DNA from: Octopus vulgaris
Lineage: Eukaryota
Assembly (NCBI GenBank): GCA_951406725.2
Contig: OX597826.1
Span: forward strand, 7,130,001 to 7,194,000
DNA: 64,000 bases
Direction: 5' to 3'
This document shows, in pieces, positions 56,733 to 64,000 of the stretch (positions within the stretch are counted from its first letter, which is position 1; the number at the start of each line of letters is the position of its first letter). The position numbers and the translations under genes are program-made. A model generated the notes under the pieces. The model ran no database searches, was not told where the DNA came from, and saw only the letters and a list, made by a program, of their open reading frames with translations.

Positions 56733-56789
56733 GCAGCTCTGTAGCTTTTTCATTTGAAGATACCGTAGGTGTGTGACTTACAATGTCTT

Positions 56790-56815
56790 TCCTCCTCCTC
56801 CTCCTCCTCTTCATC

Positions 56816-56847
<32 letters not shown>

Positions 56848-56854
56848 GCTACTG

Positions 56855-56913
<59 letters not shown>

Positions 56914-57078
56914 GTTACTACTACTGCTGCTTCTATATTATATATTTATATACATGTATGTAGATAAACAGATATATAGTCAGCTAGATAGATCGACAGA
57001 ATTAGACAGACAGACAGACAGACAGACAGATAGATAGATAGATAAGTAGATAGATATATAGTTAGAGAGATAGATAAT

Positions 57079-57155
<77 letters not shown>

Positions 57156-57184
57156 GGATGGATGGATGGATGGATGGATGGATG

Positions 57185-57275
<91 letters not shown>
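56790..57275. repeat. (CCT)n(ACT)n followed by (GACA)(GATA)(GGAT)(GA)n arrays
   Basis: Directly visible. Confidence 0.95.
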
Positions 57276-57278
<3 letters not shown>

Positions 57279-58449
57279 CACACATACATTTATATGTGCC
57301 CCACCCACCCCGTCTGTCAGAATGCATGTCGGTGTGTCTTTCACTTCCTGATATCGCTACCTATCGTAACAGACCCGCAGCAAATAGCACTAACTGTTAC
57401 TGCCGCATCATAACTTTCTTACGTATGCAAATCGTATGCGGCTTTCTTTGACATATAACAAACATATAACAAACACGCCAAGGTCCGTAGTTTATAACAA
57501 AATAACAATGATGCATTTTAATATCACACAGTCGTTGCTAAATGATATTTTTGTCTGGTGGGTATACTTTAAAATGAAATCAAGTATGAAATAACAGGCT
57601 CATAAATATCACTATTCATAAATGATTAACAACACATGGAGATTTAGAAAGTATAGAAAAGAAATGAGTGAATTCTAATAAAAATATCTTTTTCGATACA
57701 AAATTCATTTGAGTGTAAAAGAGACACCAACGATAATGATGATTTTTCTCATATGTTGTAATACATAAATGCGTGTAAATGTATATATAGCCGTATGTAG
57801 AACGATACTGTCTTTTTCATTGCCTTCCCCTTCTGTCTCTACGCTTGTCTGTCGCTCTCTTTGTCTATCTGTCTGTCTTTCCCTCTCTTTTACTCTTTGT
57901 ATTTTTATTTTCTCTCTCTCTCTCTCTTACTCTGCCTCGTTTTATTTCTAACTTTCAGTTTCACTTTCGTTTTGTTTTCTCTGTGTATCTCAACCGTTCT
58001 GTCACGCTTTCCATCTCAATTTCTTTAGTTTTCAGATTCATAGCAAGCAAGAGTGTACCCAACTCACGCTGATAAGTGAACGTCTTGATTTAATTTATTT
58101 ATTTTCAAGCTTTGTCTCCGTTCATTACGTCAGTTTTCTTCCGTACGGTCTTCATCCATACCTCAAATGTAATGCAAAAGCCATTCTCCATCCCACCTTC
58201 TACTAACAAATATTTCATCTGGGACTACATTTCCTAATCTTATATTTATTTAGTTATTTATTTATAATTTTATAGTTGACAGACGTTGATTCCTTCCAGA
58301 ATAGTTGACTTACTCTACGTATTTGTTTGTTTGTTTGTATGTGTGTGTGTGTGTGTGAGTTTGTGTGCGTGCGTGTGTGTGTGAGAGAGTTTGTGTGTGT
58401 GTGCGTGCGTGTTGTGGTTAGAAATACACACACACATATATATATCTTT

Positions 58450-58848
58450 TCATCTTATTACTTGTCTCAGTCGCAGACTGCTGCCATGCTTGAAGAATTT
58501 TTAGTCTAATGATTCAACCGCAATCCATACAGTTTTTGTTAAGCCAGGTACTTTTTCTCTCGGTATCCCTTGCTGAACCGTCAAGTTACGGGACGTAAAC
58601 TCACCAACACCCGTTGTGAAACGCTAGAAGGGAAAAAGACACAGACACAAAGGCGCACACGAACACATCTATATATATGTAGATATATACGACAGTCTTC
58701 TATAAGTTTCAATCTACCATATCTATTTACAAAGCTTTGGTCGGCCCGAAGCTGTAGTAGAAGACACTTGCCCATGGTGCCAAGCGGTGTTACTGAACCC
58801 GGAACCATATTGTTGGTAAGCAAGCATCTTATCATGCAGCCACGCCTA
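58450..58848 (-). mobile_element. SINE family A, older diverged copy
   Basis: Collinear with 1970-2384. Confidence 0.8.
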
Positions 58849-59257
58849 CACACACACATACACACACACGCGCGCGCGTATATATTGTGTTATATTATAT
58901 AGTAGTATATTGTACGCACAGATATAAGCAATATAAATTAAAATGGCTTTTGCTTGTATAGAATGCCTCAAAATCACAAGATGGAATTGAAAATCAGCTC
59001 CGTATAAGAAGGGGAGATCGACCTCAGAACAATGTATTCCCAAGTTGAAACGCTTTAAAGTATAAGGACATGGCTAATTTCTGAAGATAAGAAAACAGAC
59101 GTTGATATATGTTTCAGCTTCAATACGCAACATTAGAACAGCAATTTGAGACTTAAAAGGGCAAAACACTTTAATTATTATAAAAAAATTGGTCAAATAC
59201 ATGCCCCTGAGAGGTCAGAGATATTTATTTGAAGAACCGAGAGAAATACAAGTATAT

Positions 59258-59432
59258 CTATTCTACTAAATGAACAATGCCTGAAATTCGAGGTACGGAA
59301 ACTAGTCGATTACATCAAACCAGTGTTTCACTGGTACTTAATTTATCAATCCCGAAAGGATGAAAGGCAAAGTTGACCGTGGCGGAATTTGAACTCAGAA
59401 AGTAGCGACGAACGAAATACCACTAAGCATTT
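59258..59432 (-). mobile_element. Family B SINE monomer
   Basis: CCCGAAAGGATGAAAGGCAAAGTTGACC..GGCGGAATTTGAACTCAGAA. Confidence 0.85.
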
Positions 59433-59816
59433 GTGACTAGTTGAGCACTCCTCGTTAAGTAGTTATTACATCAGAAGATCTACTAGCTAGGAAACATATG
59501 TGACCTGGATTTTACCTGGTCCACTCCCCCAATTTATGACCCAAACCACAACTTATATCGCATTCAAAGTATATCTGCATATTCTTTGCATGATATTACA
59601 ACGCACATACACATTTATATATGCTTATCTATGTTAATATATGTATAAACGGAAGTGTATATTCGTACATGAGCTAAGAAACATGTTTAGCAAACAAATT
59701 GCACATGCAAGTGCTACCAGTCGAGAGCTCCGCATACCGGAAGTCTGTAAGTGTATGGGGTCATCAGGAGAGAATGCACGCCATTTCGTGGCCTGCCGCC
59801 CGACTGTATCAATATA

Positions 59817-60050
59817 AGGCGGCGAGCTGGCAGACACGTTAGCACGTCGGGCGAAATACTTAGCGGTATTTCGTCTGTCGTTACGTTCTGATTTCAAATT
59901 CCGCCGAGGTCGACTTTGCCTTTCATCCTTACGGGGTCGATAAATTATGTACCAGTTACGTACTGGGGTCGATGTAATCGACTTAATCCATTTGTCTGTC
60001 CTTGTTTGTTCCCTCTGTGTTTAGCCCCTTGTGGGTAGTAAAGAAATAGG
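59817..60050 (+). mobile_element. Family B SINE, head plus core plus tail 1
   Basis: AAGGCGGCGAGCTGGCAG...GTAGTAAAGAAATAGG. Confidence 0.92.
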
Positions 60051-60361
60051 TATCAATACGCGCACCCACCCACCCGTCATCTCATTGATATTAGGCCCCA
60101 CTTGCTAGATCGACTGGTTGTCAAATAAACCTTAATATTCTTCTAGCCATCGCTCATCGTTTGCTTGTAACCAAATCCAGTGGCTAGCCTTTACCACTGT
60201 AGTTTGGATATCGGTCATGGTGGTATTTTCTTTACGATGAGTTAGGCCTAACGATAACAACAGTCGCCTCACACAATAGAAATAAAATTGCAAAAATAAT
60301 CAGAAAACAATTATAACGGCAGCATCAGCAACGACGACAGCAGCAGCAACAACAACAACAG

Positions 60362-60550
60362 TGGAGGTGCAATGGCCCAGTGGTTAGGGCAGCGGACTCG
60401 CGGTCATAGGATCGCGGTTTCGATTCCCAGACCGGACATTGTGAGTGTTTATTGAGCAGCACACCTAGGCTCCACGAGGCTCCGGCAGGGGGTGCTGATG
60501 AACCCTGCTGTACTCTTTCACCACAATTTCTCTCACTGTTTCTTCCTACT
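60362..60550 (+). mobile_element. SINE family D, 5' part
   Basis: A box TGGCCCAGTGG, B box GGTTTCGATTCCC, and body shared with 20478-20640. Confidence 0.85.
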
Positions 60551-60839
60551 TCTTCCACAAAGCAGAGGAACCATGGCGTAACCCACTATGGTGTGGTAAA
60601 CTTTCAGACCCTAGACTAGATTGCGAATCCTCTGTACCCCAGGATGGTTCAGCTCTCCACCCGTTAAAAAAGCCACCGTTTACGGAATAAGGATAACAAC
60701 GTACCTTTCTCACCCGTGCAACCGCCAGTCTATCGCGCGTGGTGGGTGGACCTTCAAGTTACCACACGCATCCTTAGTAGCTTAGGGTAGGCTGGAATTA
60801 GAGATTATTCTCTGTGGCCAATGGCGTGAGTCCTGATTG

Positions 60840-62438
60840 GAAGAAGAAGAAGAAGAAGAAGAAGAAGAAGAAGAAAGAAAAAGAAGGAGGAGGAGGAGGA
60901 GAAGAAGAAGAAGAAAAAGAAGAAGGAGGAGGAGGAGAAGAAGAAGAAGAAGAAGAAGAAGAAGAAGAAGAAGAAGAAGAAGAAGAAGAAGACTAATAAT
61001 AATAAAAACAGCAAAAATAACGGCATCAGCAGCAATAACATCAGCAACACCAACAGCAGCAGAAGCTAAAACGAACGATAATGAAGAAAATGTTTCTAGA
61101 TTGCTTCAACCTTAAGGGAGGAAAGACAGCTTTAATATTACATTGTGGAAATATCTGTAGAAGAGGGCAATGTGATGGATAGAGAAATATAGAGGGGAGA
61201 GGGAGAGGGGAATATATAAGAGGGGATAAAAGAAAGAAGGAAAGAAAGAAAGAAATATAGAAAGGAAGGATGAGCAAGTGGTTCAATGAAAAATATAGAA
61301 AGAAGGAAAGAAGAAAAGAATCGAGGATGCAGGATAGGAAAAATAAAAGGAAGAAGTGTGAAGGAGCCACGTATAGTAAAGCAAAAGAATTTAAGATAGT
61401 AAGGAAGGAAGGATGAATGAATTTTGGAAATATAGAAGGTAAGCAAGAGAAGGAGAGTGGAAGAAAGAAAGACTGTAAAAGTCGATGAAATAGGATATGA
61501 TGAAAAGGGGGTCACGTGTGAAGGAGCTACATAAAGAAAGCAGCGGTAACTGAAAGAAAGAAAGAACGAAAGAGAGAGAGAAAGAAAGAAAGGAAAAAGA
61601 GGAGAAAGAAAGAAAGAAAGACAGAAAGAAAGGAGAAAGAAGCAAAAAGAGGAAAAGAGAGAAAGAGGAAAAGAGAGAAAGAAAGGAAAAAAGAAATAAA
61701 AAAGAAGAAAGGAAGGAGAAAGGAAGAAAGAAAAGAGGAAGGAAGAAAAAGAGGAGAAAGAAAGGACGAGACAGAAAGATAAAAAGGAGAGAGAACAAAA
61801 AAGACGAGAAAGAAAGAAAGAAGGAAAGAGAGAAAGAAAGGAAGACAGAAAGAAGGAAAGCAGAGAAGAGAGGAAGAAAAGAAGAAAGAAAGAATGAAAG
61901 AGAGAAAGAAAGAATGAATGAAAGAAAGAAAACAGGAAACAGAAATATGAAATCACGAATGAATGAAATGAAATGAAGGAGGGAAATAAGACGGAATAAG
62001 TAGCGAGCGTCAGGAAGAGAGAAAGGCAGAGAGAAAGGCAGATCCGAGGAATATGAGGGAAGGAAAAAGATATAAAGAGAAACATTACACAAGAAGAATG
62101 AAAAGAAGAATAAAACATTGAAAGAGAAGAAAAGAATATAGAGAAGGAAGGAAAAAAGGTAAGAGAGCATGGAATAGATTAATAAAGAAAATGGCGAAAA
62201 GCAGGGCAATGAAATGATGGCAGCAAGGAAAAAGGAAGGAACGAACGAACGAACTAGGAAAGAAGGGAGAGAAAAGGAAGGAAGGGAAAAGGAGGGGAGG
62301 ATAGAAAGAAAGAAAAAACGAGCGAACGAGAGAAGGAAAGGAAAGAAAGAGGATAGTAAACAATCGAGATGGTGATGATGATGATAATGATGATGACGAT
62401 GACGATGAAGAGGTATAATAATAATAATAATAATAATG

Positions 62439-62527
<89 letters not shown>

Positions 62528-62645
62528 AAGAAGAAGAAGAAGAAGAAGAAGAAGAAGAAGAAGAAGAAGAAGAAGAAGAAGAAGAAGAAGAAGAAGAAGA
62601 AGAAGAAGAAGAAGAAGAAGAAGAAGAAGAAGAAGAAGAAGACGA
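60840..62645. repeat. Purine-rich domain: (GAA)n, ~1.2-kb aperiodic A/G tract, (AAT)n, (GAA)n
   Basis: Directly visible strand asymmetry. Confidence 0.92.
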
Positions 62646-62930
62646 CGACACTTCAGGAAATGTAACTGGTCTGAATTTTGATTAAATGTTACAAATATGT
62701 CCATACGCATGTTGGCGTTTATTTATGCAGAGAGAGTTTAAGTCACACATACATACAAACATGCAAGCGCCTTCTTGTGCTCACGCAAGCATAAACATGC
62801 CCGTGCGCGCACACACACACACACAACTAACAGAAACACAAGCCCTTGGACGTTACATATTGCACACCTACACACACATAAAACTCTCTAACTTTTGAAC
62901 TCGTTTCAACTCGGGAGCTGCGGCCATGTA

Positions 62931-62995
<65 letters not shown>

Positions 62996-63315
62996 ACATA
63001 CACACACGTATATAACTATGTGTGTATCCTAGTAGTGGTTTGCAGTAACGTCCAGGTTTTGTAACAAAGCAAGATGGGAAAGAAGGACGTTGTTTGGATA
63101 GAATTAGCTACTGTATATAGCATGTCAAGCTGACACAAGTGTAGCATACTGCCCCAGGAATACATAAAAAGATACAATAGACACGAAGACGTTATTTGAA
63201 TAAGGGGTTACATCCAGAGACACTATTTGGAAGCGCTGTTGATGGCTCTCTCTCTCTTTCACTTTCTCTGTATTTCTCTTTTTCTTTCTCTCACTCCCTC
63301 TGTCTTTCACTCTCT

Positions 63316-63348
<33 letters not shown>

Positions 63349-63589
63349 TACAAACACATACATACATACACACACACACATACAAACACATACATACATA
63401 CACACACACACACGCGCGCATTCACACGTTTCACATACGAAGTGGTAATCCCTCGTGTCAATGGAAGGGGGCTTTGTAATATCTACATTAACAATTTGCT
63501 CTGATGATTTGTTTGTAGCAATCATCTGTTCGTGTTATACATTAGCTTGCCCCCTCCATCAAATCCATGTTACCCGCACGGTATCCCAC

Positions 63590-63725
63590 ATGGCAAATGT
63601 CGAAGTGATCGCAGAGCAACATGAGATGTCGTGTATTGTTCAAGAATACAACACCCTACTCGGTCCGGAAATCGAACCCACAATCTCGCGATCATGAGGG
63701 CTAGGGCTACAAACTAACCACTATG
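63590..63725 (-). mobile_element. Degenerate C-type SINE head
   Basis: The reverse complement has TAGTGGTTAG, GGTTCGATTTCCGGACCG and TTCTTGAACAATACAC. Confidence 0.7.
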
Positions 63726-64000
63726 TCATACTCCCACATCACACAAACATACAAACACACACATACACACACACATGCAGGGTGCAGACCGTATTTGAGG
63801 TTACACGCATTCGTAGTCATTATTTTCTTTGACTAATTTTTATTGAATATCTCTTTTAGAAAATAACAATGACAGGCCCTATACTTACTAATGAAATGCA
63901 AAAAGCATGCTGGGGTTGTGGCTTTGGAGGCTAAGCATGATGATTTACCAATTTCTCGTTTTCTGAAAGTTGCAAGATCTTTTGTCCACAAGATTCGGTG

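Noticed and set aside
60362-60435. tRNA gene
   Set aside because: A and B boxes are present, but there is no acceptor stem and the sequence continues into a SINE body shared with 20478.
61138-62710. 326-aa and 439-aa Phe/Leu/Ser-rich membrane-like ORFs
   Set aside because: Artefacts of the polypyrimidine minus strand.

Overview
Eukaryotic, AT-rich, non-coding DNA with extreme microsatellite density: (TA)n, (CA)n, (GATA)n, (CATA)n, (GAT)n, (GAA)n and (AAT)n. The repeat landscape fits a coleoid cephalopod, probably Octopus; this is inference. I found no intact host protein-coding gene, and nearly all ORFs in the supplied track are translated microsatellites or SINE read-through. The window is a layered transposon graveyard. 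(1) About 40 copies or fragments of at least four tRNA-derived SINE families, labelled A-D here. (2) Decayed coding relics of a hAT, a Helitron Rep, a mariner, a Tigger/pogo, a Tc1-type C-terminus, an R4/Dong LINE RT, an RTE 3' end and a Gypsy end. (3) Several MITEs: hAT/Charlie-like, Tigger-like, a GG-terminated family with 8-9 bp TSDs and telomere-like repeats, and a non-autonomous Helitron. (4) Many Penelope-like terminal fragments, often next to (TA)n tracts. The best lead is 43977-44610, a ~400-nt tandem unit inside (TA)n whose second copy carries a complete minimal type I hammerhead ribozyme core (44367-44439), making it a candidate retrozyme or circular-RNA-producing element. Several decayed hammerheads of other families occur elsewhere. 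Coordinates were read by eye and may be off by a few bases.
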